Positions 41,301 to 53,371 of a stretch of 64,000 nucleotides of DNA are shown here, one piece after another. The position numbers were made by a program, and so were the translations under genes. This DNA comes from Tubiluchus corallicola (Eukaryota > Animalia > Priapulida), in assembly GCA_030141605.1 (NCBI GenBank), contig JAQGDQ010000232.1, positions 186,001 through 250,000 of the forward strand, read 5' to 3'. The notes under the pieces were generated by a model. It ran no database searches, was not told where the DNA came from, and saw only the letters and a program-made list of their open reading frames with translations. Positions within the stretch are counted from its first letter, which is position 1, and each line of letters begins with the position of its first letter.

Positions 41301-44300
41301 CATTTGTCGGTTAGTTAAGGTAATGCTGATACTGTTTACTTATTTGTATTCAAAAGGTATTAACAATACCATTAGTGTTTGTCAAAACTATTTGCGACAA
41401 AGGTGGAATTTTATTAGAAAACATTAAAAAAATTAAATTTACTGCCTCAGTGCAAAATCATGTATTCAGTCTTTTAACAGAGTTTTCACTGTATGCTTTC
41501 ATTAAAGTAGGCAGTCCGACAGCAACATAAATTATTAAAAAAGTGTATGGCAACTCACTTTTAAGTTAGAGTCAACAGTAAAGAATTAAAAGTACAATAT
41601 GCAATAAATAATAAGGACAATATAGACAACATATCAAAAATAGAAAATATTATTAACTATAGAGATAATACATGAGACAGCTTTTACAACAAATCCTTCT
41701 TTAAAAGCTAGTACAGTACCTTGCCCCATTTAGTGATTTTTTCACTATGCCCATCTAGTGATTTTTTCAAGGTGCTGCAGGACTTACTTAAGTATTGAAT
41801 TATATTAATACATTATTTAAGTATTGATATCAGCTGGAGTACAATAAATTAACTGGCATATTTACCTGTATTTTTTCTGAAGTGCACAAGCAAACGAGCA
41901 TAAATAAGACAGCCGGAACTCCTGTTATGACAGCTCCCGAGAAGACTAGATCTTGTTGACATGAAATAGTAAATAACTGAAACAGAGAAAAAACACAATA
42001 CCAGATTTTAGTTTGCAAACAAAAAAATGCATGCAACAACAACTACAATTGTTTTATTTATGCTCACATATTATTTCATTATGCATACCTGTCAAGCTAA
42101 CTTTGTTTCATGAAGTAATTCTGAAAATGCTAAATAAATTTAACAAAAATGTCTGAGCTAGCCAAACTATGATGAAAATAAAAATAAAATTAGCTAAAAC
42201 AAAAACCAGGCAATCAAAAAAGAAAACAATTGTTGAACAGTTTTTACTTATTTTTTCTTAAAAAACATTTGCATGTGAAAGCTCTTGGCAGAGCTTTTTT
42301 TATTAATTCTATTGCTAAAAATTTTTTTAGCTGCTGCAGAATGACTGTGATCTATATTTTGTTGGTTTATGGTATATTGATAAATCAGTTGGTAATTTCC
42401 TAAACTGCATAAACATTATTTAGTATAATATTGATCAAAACATAAGGACAGAAGAAAAAGAAGAACAGTAAATGTCCTCTGACATGGGCATAGTTGGTTA
42501 CAGCCTATTTATGAAGCCTCGACACCTGAAGAAGACAGGTGGCTAGCCGGTTTTTCGGCTCCCTTTCTTCCTCCAGTATATGATCAGGTACTCAATTAGG
42601 GCTGGCTACGTTTACACAGATCGCCAGAAGGTTTAATTTGAGTGGTAAGTAGCTCAAAACCTCTACAATGAGTGGGATTCGAACCCAGAACCTCTGGATT
42701 GACAATCAGTGGCATAAGTGGGACGCCATGCCTTCTGACAGTACAACATACAGAGCATACAATGAATTTTTCTGCTATGCTTTGGTCATCAATACGTTGT
42801 AACACTGTAAGAATTTACTTACAATATTGTTAGAAATAACAAAGCCATGCATGAGAACAAACAGTGTTATACCCGGCGTGAGTAAGCCACTGATTACATT
42901 CAGGAAATGATATAATAGGAACCAGATTCTGAAAAGATTGCATGGTAGTTGTCTTCCGCTTTCTGAAAAAACAACAAGATTTTGGCATGAACTCATCATT
43001 GACAGCAGTGAAATATGCTTGCATTTAAGGTAAAAATAAGAAAAGGTATCCTGCTGTAATATTTGACACCTAGCATAATTTAATTAACAGCTCATTCAAA
43101 TGTATATTTTCCAATGTTTCCAGCACTCCCTTTTATGATTATAAATACAACAGCATAATTATATACCTTTTAAAATGAACTATTAAGTGCTAGTATATTT
43201 CGATTTCTTTGGGTAACAGAAAACAAGAGATTTGAGATATTTATTGGCGCTAGGTGCACAAATGCTGTGTATAAACACATTCTGCTGTGTTTTAAATGAT
43301 TCTGCAGCTAAAATAATAGGTATACATGTTAATACTATGTCAACTAACAGAATATAGTAAATAGCAAATATTTAAAGGTGAAGATATATATAATAATAAC
43401 AGTTTTATAATAACATGCCAACTAAGAGCTTTAAATTCGATCTCCGATGGGTGCATGTTAATGATTTTACCCAACTGCAGTAAATGATATAAAATAATAG
43501 TGTTGCTATGGGCTCTCTAGCAATGCAGTACTCTTGTTAAATTATTTAGTACATACATTTGGTGCAAGAACAATAATTGATTTGTCACAGCATATACTTG
43601 GTGACTGAAGTTAAGCAGTGTTGGGTTTGGACAGTAACTTGATGGTGGGGTTTATCTTGTTTAGGTTAGATGTAAGCCCTTCAGATGTAAACTAGGTTAA
43701 GACACTCCCATAGGCTTACTGTCACTTCTTAGAAGGTACCTTGATAATGTGCTAGATTCCACTACAAACACTTACATTAAATAGGCAATCATTTAGTGCT
43801 GAATTTCAATAGGCAATATGTCAAACTCTACAAAAATTAATACCTGCAAGGAAAGCTATGTTATTAGCTTGAGAAGAAGGACTCCATCGTCTTCTCTGTT
43901 TGTAAAATTCCTCTAACGACTCTGGGGCATGAGTACCAGCAAGGGCGTCAGCGCAATACCCGGTTCTTTTACCACTGTGCCTAACCAAGCTAGTGAGCCA
44001 TCTATCCTCTCCTAATATATACAGAAATTATTTGTACAAGTGTATTTTGCCGTACATATGCTTATCAAAATAATCATTACAGATCTTTAACAATGTTTTT
44101 TGGTCATGCACAACACATATATTCATTAGTTTGCTGATAAAAAAACTGTATTTATGTTGCAGCAACAAATGACATCAACTTCTGTGAAACATTGCAACAA
44201 AGTTCTGATTACCATAAGAATGAGAAAAGCTTTGAGAAAGATTTGAGTCATCATTAGGCAAAGCTTTGTTAAAAAAAGATTTTCTCCTGAGTCTATTGCG

Positions 44301-44534
44301 CAAACGGAAATGCAGTTTTTCTATATACGACATTTTGTGCTAAGCCACAGTATAATACAGTGACATTAATTATTGTCATTGTGTCACTACCAATGTTATT
44401 TATTTACCAAGACGATTGCGTAAATGGGGAGTAAACAAGTCTATGTATGCATCTATGTCTTTTATTTGCATAAGCATAAGCAGTTTTATTGTGGTAAAAG
44501 AGCATCATAGTCATATACACCATATATACATATA

Positions 44535-44609
<75 letters not shown>

Positions 44610-47600
44610 ATGTGTGTGTGAAAGACAGGCACTAGTAAATTGAACATGAAGATCATACAAGTGGAAGCACAGACAGAACAGTTCTTCATGAAACTCATAC
44701 AGTGACAAAACGAATTTCTCCAGTTTTAAACAAACAAAAACTTTAAACCTTTGTAACTGCTGATGAGGTTTGCAACTGCATTGACATTCAGAATGTGTAA
44801 AAGCTAAGAACACCTTAAAAATAAAAGTAAGTGATTGAATCACAATCTTAAACCACTTCAAATTATTGATAATTGCCAGAACGTGTTCTTCATTAAAGAT
44901 TACATATAATGAAGGTTAAAAGCTTAATATTTAGAATATATTTTTGGGGAAAACTACCTCACCAGTTTTTGTTAAACATGTATAGATGTGCTCAAGTTTG
45001 ATTTTACTGTATTTAATCTCTTATCAAACACGAAACATGCAGAAACTTATTTTTCAAATACAACTCAAATTGCCATTCTGTTAGTCATGCATGTGAGTAA
45101 CGGCTATCAATTTCATTCAACCAAATGTTAAAAATGGTATTGTGCAAAATTAATGTTTACATAAACAATAAACATTACAGCTAAAATGATTAAATTATGC
45201 ATTTCATAAACAACCCACAATATAATAGATTTGATTAAATTTTTATTAGAAAAATCCCGCATTTCTAAATAAATTTATTATTATTATTATTTATTCTAGT
45301 ATTATTATTAATACCATTAATAAAATATTAATTACCGTATTTTCCCATGTATAAGAGACCCTTTTTTGCTCAGAATTTTCACTTTAAAAATTGGGGGTCT
45401 CTTTTTTGCTCAGAATTTTCACTTTAAAAATAGGGGGTCTCTTATACATGGGAGTAAGTCTTTTCAATAAGATGCATAAATTGTGACACTAATGATTTTA
45501 AAGAAATAAGTGCTCTACAACTGTTTTATTTCGAATAATTATAGCTTCCATTCAATAAATCTTCTCCATGGCTAAATTCTAATGATAAAATTAATGTACC
45601 GGGTAAGTTATTATTTTTTTAAATGTCTCTCTGGTATTGGAGAGAAATCGATTGTTCTGCAGCCAATCAACGCATCTGCATAAGCTCTCTGCATGCCCGT
45701 CGACGTCATTGATACGTCGGCAGAGGTCAACGAGATGAGTCAGCCTAAGCTGCAGTTGGGTCCTCAAGGCATGGAATGGTGTAAAGCCAGAGGTCATTAT
45801 TAAATCTTTCAAGAAGTGTGGCATCTCCAATGCCATGGACGGCACAGAGGACAATGCCATTTTTGAGCAGAGTGACTCCTCTGATGATGAACTGGCTGGA
45901 ATTGCTGAAGGTCTGACTCCAGTTGATATTTTTGATGAGAGTGATGAGGAATTTAATGATTTCTATGATGAATAAAGTTATTCATTACCAAAAAACTTTT
46001 TTCCAGAATTTTTGCCTAAAAATTGAAGGGGTCTCTTATACACAAGGGTCTCTTATACATGGGAAAATACGGTATTGAGCATTAATTATAGTTTTCATAT
46101 TTTGTTTTTTGTTCTATTATTATTGCTTGCATGAATAATCTTAGTTTGTGTCATGTTTTTGTTTTGTTCCAAATTTTAAATCATGCTATATATATTTTCT
46201 GACAATAAATGCTAGTGTGCAGACGAAATGTTGGATTTTTCTAATAAAACTTATTATATTGCGGGTTGTTTATGAAGCAGACATTGTTTTTGTTATAACA
46301 AATGTAAAAACTTTATTACATTCTACATGCTTAGTATTCAACAATATAAAAACTTCTTTGTACCTTGATCATATAACAAGAACTGTATTCCTCGTTCTGT
46401 GTTTTTAGAGTATGTTTGTTTGACATTTTCAGCCATTAGTGCACTAGCTCTGTACAGACTGAAGCATCCTGGACAGCACAACACACTACCAAGTAACGAC
46501 TCAGTTGACTTGTATAACCAATGAGCCATAGCATATTCAGTTTTTTGAAACCAAATAATAGGACCTAGACAATATAAAAGATAAGAAGTAGAATAGATTA
46601 AAGACGCAAACAGTTGTCATAGAATGGATTAGTCTTTTCACTGCATCTCTACAATGTTTTGCAGACTAAATAGATTGTCAGTCAAAAGCCAATTAGTCCA
46701 AAAATATTAAATCAAAGAAGGATCAGAATTCATCACCATTTTCAGGCATTCTTTTTAACTAACTACTACACACTTGTTTTTATTTATCTCTCATGTAAGT
46801 GAGAGATTAATTCTAAATCAAAAACTAATCTAGGACTTCTGAAATGCCCCAAAAAATTTACTAAACCAACAAAGCATTTAATCACTAAATGAGCATCTAT
46901 TACCTGTTTATTATTGTCTTGTTTACATCAGGTCAAAATCAGTAGTAATAGTTAATGATTGTTAAATTAGCAAATGACCTAATCATCTCTTCAGCTTTAA
47001 GCCATAAACAAGTTATAAATAAGCTACAAACTATATCCGATCAGTTTCACACTACAAACTAGATGGTAATCACTGATTGCCAATATTTCTTGGTATAATT
47101 TACAAATGATTGATAGACTGTTGATCAATTTCAACAATGTGGGAACAGAACTTTTTAAAGGGGAGGGGGTAGTTAGGCAGTAGCAGCCAGCAGCAGTAAA
47201 CTGTGATATTCGTAGTTACGATAACAAATATACATAAGATCAGAAGCATCTTTGGTGGACGTCCTGATTAACGCCTGTGTGTTTACTGAAGCTACCAAGC
47301 TCTTGATAGGTGCAGTAAAGCCCATGAGTCGTTATTGTGTAACTGTGTTTCGTGTTTCTCGACCAGGTGTTCAGTCTTCTGAGGGCTAAAACTGAATGCT
47401 CTCCTTATGTTACAGAAACTGGCATTGCTAGGATCCGACCAAGCTAAGCAGTTTGACAACTTTTTCAGTAGCTTTGCTTATACGGATATCGAGCTAAGCA
47501 TTATACTACATGCGGGTACCAGGTGAATGTGTTTTTGAAAAAACAAGTAGGCAAACAATATCCAGATGACCTCTTATGCACAAAGTCTTGCATGTAATAA

Positions 47601-50600
47601 GGGAATTGTGGATCTTTCTAAGAAAAAAATGAAAGAGGCAAATAGTATACTTGCCATTACTATATTTTCAAGTGGCCACCTTTGCACTTAATGCCCTTTG
47701 TTCCCGAATCCATGATCAATTTAGTCATTTTTTGAGTATGTAATAGAAAGTTTTTATACCTGAACCAGTCGGATAGATTCGTCCACATACAACTCCTAGA
47801 GATCTATCTTTCTCCATTGTAGTGACTAGCTTAGTGAGTGAATTTGGTTCAAAGTTAATATCACCATCAATGGCAAGTATGTAGCAATCATCTTGGTTTT
47901 GATTTGGATAAAACTGGTGTTTCCAGTCTAACAAGTAATGTATGTACATGACCTGTAGAGTACACACAAAAGTACTAAATATTAATGTTCAAGCTTCATA
48001 ACAAATAATGCATTTTCATAAAATGGTAGCATGGTTCATAGGCAACAAGCAATTTGAATATTTTAATGTTACCATAAAATTATCACACAGTACTTGTGTT
48101 AAAATTTGGAGTTGTCTTACACAAGTTTAAAAAATGATCTCGACAGAAATTAAAATAAATTTTTGGGAAATAATAGCTAACGTTTCCGTAATGGTTGATA
48201 AGAAACTAAGATGCTTCAGCGGTGTAATTAGAGCTTCTGGCACCCGAGCAGCACTTGAGCTTGTCTCCCCCTGATGAAAAATGCATAGTAACAACGTCTT
48301 TGTGATTTTAGATTTGTAAAATTTAGCGTTGCTGCGTTGCAGTTATGATAAGACAATTGTGGAGGTAAACTGAGAAAATAATAAAGCTATTGATTTGATA
48401 ATAATAATGAAAAGATTTGTTTGTGAAAAAGTAATTTTTCCCTGTATGTTTCCATAGCTGCGATAGGCCTACTCAGAAGCTTGGCCAAATGTTAGCATAG
48501 GAAAGAACATGATTATAAATGTACTTCACAGTAAATTAAAGACATACATTGTGCAGAAATCTTAAAAACAAAGAAACGAAAATCTGTGAAATATTGCAAA
48601 GACATTAAATCATTAACTGTCATCTAATTCATCTTTCTTTTTAGCTTTCTTTTAAGAGCAATGGGCTATAAGCAGTGTTTTCATGAAAAATTAAATGGTA
48701 TCACGCATTTTACTTTTTGTTAGGAAAATTCTCAAACACGTTGAACAACATTTAAATGTTTGACAAATTAATGTGAGGAAAGTCACAAGCCAGCATCAAA
48801 CAGCTGATTAGCAATCTTCAATTGTTTCTAAACACATAACACATACAACAAGAGACACACAAATTATGACAAAGAAATTATAGGTCATGACGCCTGCAAC
48901 AGTAACTAACAGAGAAAATTAGGCAATGATATTTTGCCTACTGTGCACAGGCTGTATAAGTTTTGTAACACATTTCTACTGTTCTGAGAGAATCAACCTT
49001 TATAATGTACTGATCAAAGTGCTGCCCGGAGGGCCACTCTTTTGCTCACCTAGCTATGCCACTGAGGTATTAGAACAACAGTACCTGCTCATTAACTATA
49101 TTCACTAACAAGTTATACATGCATAATAAACTAAGCAAATTTTGCAAAAAAAAGTTATAAATGACATTGAGTTTTCTCTACAGACAAGTTAAGACACATT
49201 TTTACCTGACTCCATCTTTTCTTGTTTCGTATTTTAGCTTTATCTTTCAAATGCAACACAAGGGTCATTCCGCTAAGTAGCGTGAATGTGCACTGATTTC
49301 CATAAGGTGTATCAAGAAACTTGAAATTGTTACTGTCAGATCTGCATAGAAAATAGATTAACACCTATTAGGTAACTAACTCACAGATGTTTGAACATGA
49401 ATAGACAATAAACAAATTGACGTTCTCAAGTGAAATTGCATGGCTATATGTACAAAATGTCAACTAAACACAAGATGTTGCACTTACTTAAGCAGGCTGC
49501 AGAGAACTTGCAAAAAGTTCTTCACATATTCATTATATGTCTTTCGTCCATGTTTACAATGCACATCTTTGCTCAATGCATCGTCAAAAAATACGTGAAC
49601 TGAAATACCAACACCAATAAATATGTAACAATGTATATATAATGAGGTAAGAGTGTCAACACAAAAATTTTCTAACTTAGTCAAGCTAACAAATATTGAA
49701 TCAAATGAACATTGATTAATTAATTAAATTAGAAATTGTACTTCAGCCATGATTAATTAATAGACAATTACAAGCCACAATCTTGATGAGGTTCGCCCAT
49801 TCTGGAATTGGTGAAAAATCTCATATTTAAGCATTTATGGTAAGTTTGCTTAATGTGAAGCATCAGCTAAGCAGCACACTAATTAATTCAGCAAATACTT
49901 ACAAAAGGTCAGTTTCAACTGCAAAATGTTTTAACAGTCTGCACACATTGTAGAATCTCTCCAAACAAAATGACATTTATACTGTCTTATATGGGCGCTA
50001 CAGTTGGGCATCGAATAAAGAATTATTTACTACCAATACTCCAAACAACAAGAAAACAGAATGTCCTGTTGCTCAGATTATAAGAAATATGAGTAAAAAA
50101 TTAAGAAATGGTGCAGAACCTATTCTATCTGCAACTTGTAAGAAAACAACTTTATATCTAACATTAGCTATTGCCCTTCTAGTGACGACTAAAGTTGATC
50201 TCCGATGTCCAGATATCATTATTATCTCAAACTCTAATTTTGCTTTGAACTCTTTAAATTTTTTCCTGTCACTTGCCTAAATTCCAAGGGGAATTCCATT
50301 TGCTGGCACTGTAATTAGTTAGTTAATTGTAACTATAGGCCACATGAGTTTTGTATTTCTTTTTCTGAACTCTAATGTTTCCCATTGGTTGTAATTGCAA
50401 TAACCTTATTATTTTGCATTATCTAATGGAATCTATGAATAAACAAAAATGAGGACCTAATTTGTTTGGGGTCTCTAAATCATTCCAAAGTACGTTATCT
50501 AGAAACATAGAAATTTAATAAAAAGATAAAGTAAAGAGCTATACAAACACTGTCAGACTGTAACTAGGTTACCTTCAGATTCATAATAGATAGTATCTTG

Positions 50601-51917
50601 TTTGTGTGGTCCTCTTAGTAGTTTTTCTGTTCTTCTAATAAATTGATCCTCATCACACCTATAAAACATATGGTAGACTTATGCGAGTTTTGCAACCTAT
50701 AAAATATTATGTCTTACAGTATATCCTGGTACAGAAGTGTACAAAGAAATTAGAAATTTGTCACAAATAAGTATAGAAATAACGAATTTATGGAAAATAC
50801 ATGGTATTTATAAGACATTTACTCTCACAGTTTAAGACAAGGGCACTAATAACTAAGCGAAAAATACAGCAAACAGAGGTATCATATCAATTCACCTGAA
50901 AAACATGTAACATTTAACGTAAACCCATAATTATTAAATTAGAATGCATGTCAAAGGAAAAACCAATCTAAACACAAGCAAGGCTCATTCTCAGAGATTA
51001 GTACAACAAACTTGCAACGTCACCACATCTCTCATTCTAGTAATTGGCTAGCATAGGTTCTTCACGAGTCTTCATTGTGAAATGCAAAAGCTTTGCTTAG
51101 ACAAATTGGTAATAATTGTCATTTGTACACCACACTCTGAGACGCATTTGTTTCAACTGAGTGGGGGGGGGGCGAATCACAAACCAAATGGAAAAATGTA
51201 TGTCATGGACTACTACAACTCCTATAATCTAGTCTATATAAGCATCCATGGATGTTAGTCAAATCGATATTTTAGTCAGTTAGGTGCAGTGGGGTGATTC
51301 AAATGGTCAAGAGTGTCCGAGCTACTGTCCTTACTAGAATTCATATCGTAACTGTTTTTCGAGTATTGTACATTAGTGTACATACTATTTGGTAATCTTA
51401 CTTTACTATCTTTTTTCTTTGTTTTCTAGCAAAACGACTATCTTTTTGGCATATAAAACACATATCAAAGAAAATACATCTAAAACAAAACAATACAACT
51501 GAAGTAGTAAATTCATTTAAACCAAAAACCAAAACAAAAACACCCACACACAAGTATAATTGTATACTTTTCATCTTTGAAAATCAGCAATAAGGCCTAC
51601 CTAGAATTAGTAACAAATACATCACTAAAAACAATAGCAACAATCAATATTAAAAACACGTGTAATACATACAGTCTTTTATTGCAAGACAAGACTAATT
51701 TGTCCATAATCATAAATAAAAACCTTATACTGTCAAGCAAAATATAATGTTCTCACCTCAAGATAGATTTTAACAAGGTTTCCATCTCTTCTATTGTCTC
51801 ATGCCACATGGTTGCACAAATGTAAACTTTCACTGGTATTTGGTGCAAAAACTCAAACTCAGAAAGTCCACAGAGCAGATCAGGGACCATCTGTATAGTA
51901 ACATTCTGTTTTGGCAT
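38388..51917 (-). CDS. CHS: Chitin synthase (GT2), divergent compact form, copy A, 14 exons, about 742 aa
   Basis: Exons 51917-51757, 50658-50573, 49599-49488, 49341-49206, 47952-47760, 46564-46364, 44011-43844, 42962-42823, 41976-41866, 41179-40994, 40613-40457, 39842-39633, 38981-38857, 38630-38388 sum to 2229 nt in frame with no stops. Motifs: [76 protein letters not shown]. The start codon is uncertain (51917 or 51890). Confidence 0.9.
42455..42735 (-). mobile_element. tRNA-derived SINE in a chitin synthase intron (paralogous copy about 57350-57585)
   Basis: Minus strand shows B box GGGTTCGAATCCC, a central segment CAGCCCTAATTGAGTACCTGA...GGAGGAAGAAAGG and a (TTC)-rich tail. Present in both duplicates. 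Confidence 0.7.
43560..43795 (+). mobile_element. 5S rRNA-derived SINE (paralogous copy about 58268-58500)
   Basis: TGACTGAAGTTAAGCAGTGTTGGGTTTGGACAGTAACTTGATGG is 5S-like. The body is shared with the copy at 1925-2135. Confidence 0.65.
44539..44620. repeat. (TG)n microsatellite
   Basis: Directly visible. Confidence 0.97.
45335..46072 (+). mobile_element. Tc1/mariner superfamily (Tc2/pogo-like) internal-deletion derivative
   Basis: Perfect 29-bp TIR CCGTATTTTCCCATGTATAAGAGACCCTT; TA TSD at 45333-45334 and 46073-46074; transposase C-terminal remnant at 45757-45975 (WVLKAWNGVKPEVIIKSFKKCGISNAMDGTED plus acidic tail); internal 40-bp tandem duplication at 45361-45440; empty site in copy B near 59905. 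Confidence 0.93.
48217..49064. mobile_element. Old hAT-like MITE in chitin synthase intron 4 (paralogous copy 61847-62697)
   Basis: Termini CAG(C/T)GG(T/C)GTAATT... and ...CCTAGCTATGCCACTG are imperfect TIRs. Flanks AGATGCTA and AGGTATTA look like a decayed 8-bp TSD. Confidence 0.6.
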
Positions 51918-52699
51918 AGTTTTAGTAAAGTTATCCTTATTATGCACTTTTTAGTGTGAAATTATCTTTATTATATGTAGCTGTTATGGCGTTGCGTTTG
52001 TGTTACACGAGTTGTATTATTCAATCGCTGTGCACATATATGACGTTGAACTTAATCGGATGTTACATATACAATCACAAGCGAGTACATAGATTTCGTC
52101 ATAGCGAGTATACATTTCTTAGATTTCATTCTGAACAAATAAGTGATCAAGGACATAGAAGCCTATATAGCACATTGACATCACTGGGCCTACTATATGG
52201 CCTTACTAACATCGTAATACTATATGATAAACTGTTCAAACAGGAACTAATGATTAGACTAGACAGACTGTGTAAATTACACACTTGTTTAAACATTAAT
52301 CCTTGAAGTTGTCAAACTTTCGCAAAGAAAGAAATGACCAAGACATTGAAAAATGCAACCATGCTGTTGGTGAACGTAATGACTTGAGTGAATGGAACAA
52401 AGTATTAAACTATCATGAAATCAACTGAGATTCATACAATAACAGTACTGTACAGACCCTTTAATCAAATGGACAGTCAGAATTAATTACTCTTTTAGCA
52501 TTGCCCACTGCAAACAATAAGGCAGTTTCATTGGTCTGAGCTATACACCTTATATACTATATAATACAGTGAACATACAGTGGACAAGCCTTAACTTAAT
52601 ATGACTGATATGAATTGAAAACTTTTATATTATTCACTATTAGTCAAGCAGGACAAGAAGGAAAAAATGAAAGTTTACAATAAATGTTTAATTTAATAT

Positions 52700-53043
52700 C
52701 TTGTTTCAGTCCTTATTTCAGTTATCTTCAGTTTGATTTTATTATTATTATTATTATGCGCTTATTATTAATTATTACTGTGTATGAATTGTACTAACAC
52801 GTTATAAGCATATCATTATCAATTTTATGTCATTCGTAACAATTTAGTTTTTATTATAAGCAGTACTAACACTAATGCACTGTAGCATAGCGCCTTTAAA
52901 AAAATGTTCATCACTAACCAAAGGGCAGCTGACTAGATGACCAATTGGTCTTTCGCTGCCCTTTCTTCACATTTTTGTTGCTAAATTAATTGTATTGTAA
53001 CTGTGTGTGTTAAAAGATAAATAAAAGATTATTATTATTATTA
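52700..53043 (+). mobile_element. 3' end of a non-LTR retrotransposon (L2/CR1-like)
   Basis: Stem-loop AAAGGGCAGC...GACCAATTGGTC...GCTGCCCTTT (52920-52964), then AATAAA and an (ATT)n tail. The 5' boundary is approximate. Confidence 0.55.
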
Positions 53044-53371
53044 CCTGCTAATCTGTCACTAAACTTGAATGTAGACAACGTTTAAGTTTAGTTTGTCTAC
53101 AAGTTACTACAAAATTATAATTTATTATAATTTAACACTTTAAGAATTCCAAATTGACAAAATTTGCGTAAGAGTTTCAAAATTCAAATTAAGTAATTTT
53201 TAAGATAGTTTGGATCTTTCGTTGAAACAGCATTATGTGACAAAGAACAGTATTCTTTATTACAGTGTTTGCAAGTTCAGAAAACTGACATGACTCTTTG
53301 AGGAAAGAGTAACAGTCACCCGCACAGCAGAATGCTGCTATGGGTTTAGATTTTAAATTCCTAGCGACTTG

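Noticed and set aside
42525-42560. CTGAAGA hammerhead ribozyme-like core
   Set aside because: No GAAA after stem II, and it lies in the antisense of a SINE body.
51918-51947. ORF-track start of chitin synthase A at 51947
   Set aside because: It is a GTG; the first in-frame ATGs are at 51917 and 51890.
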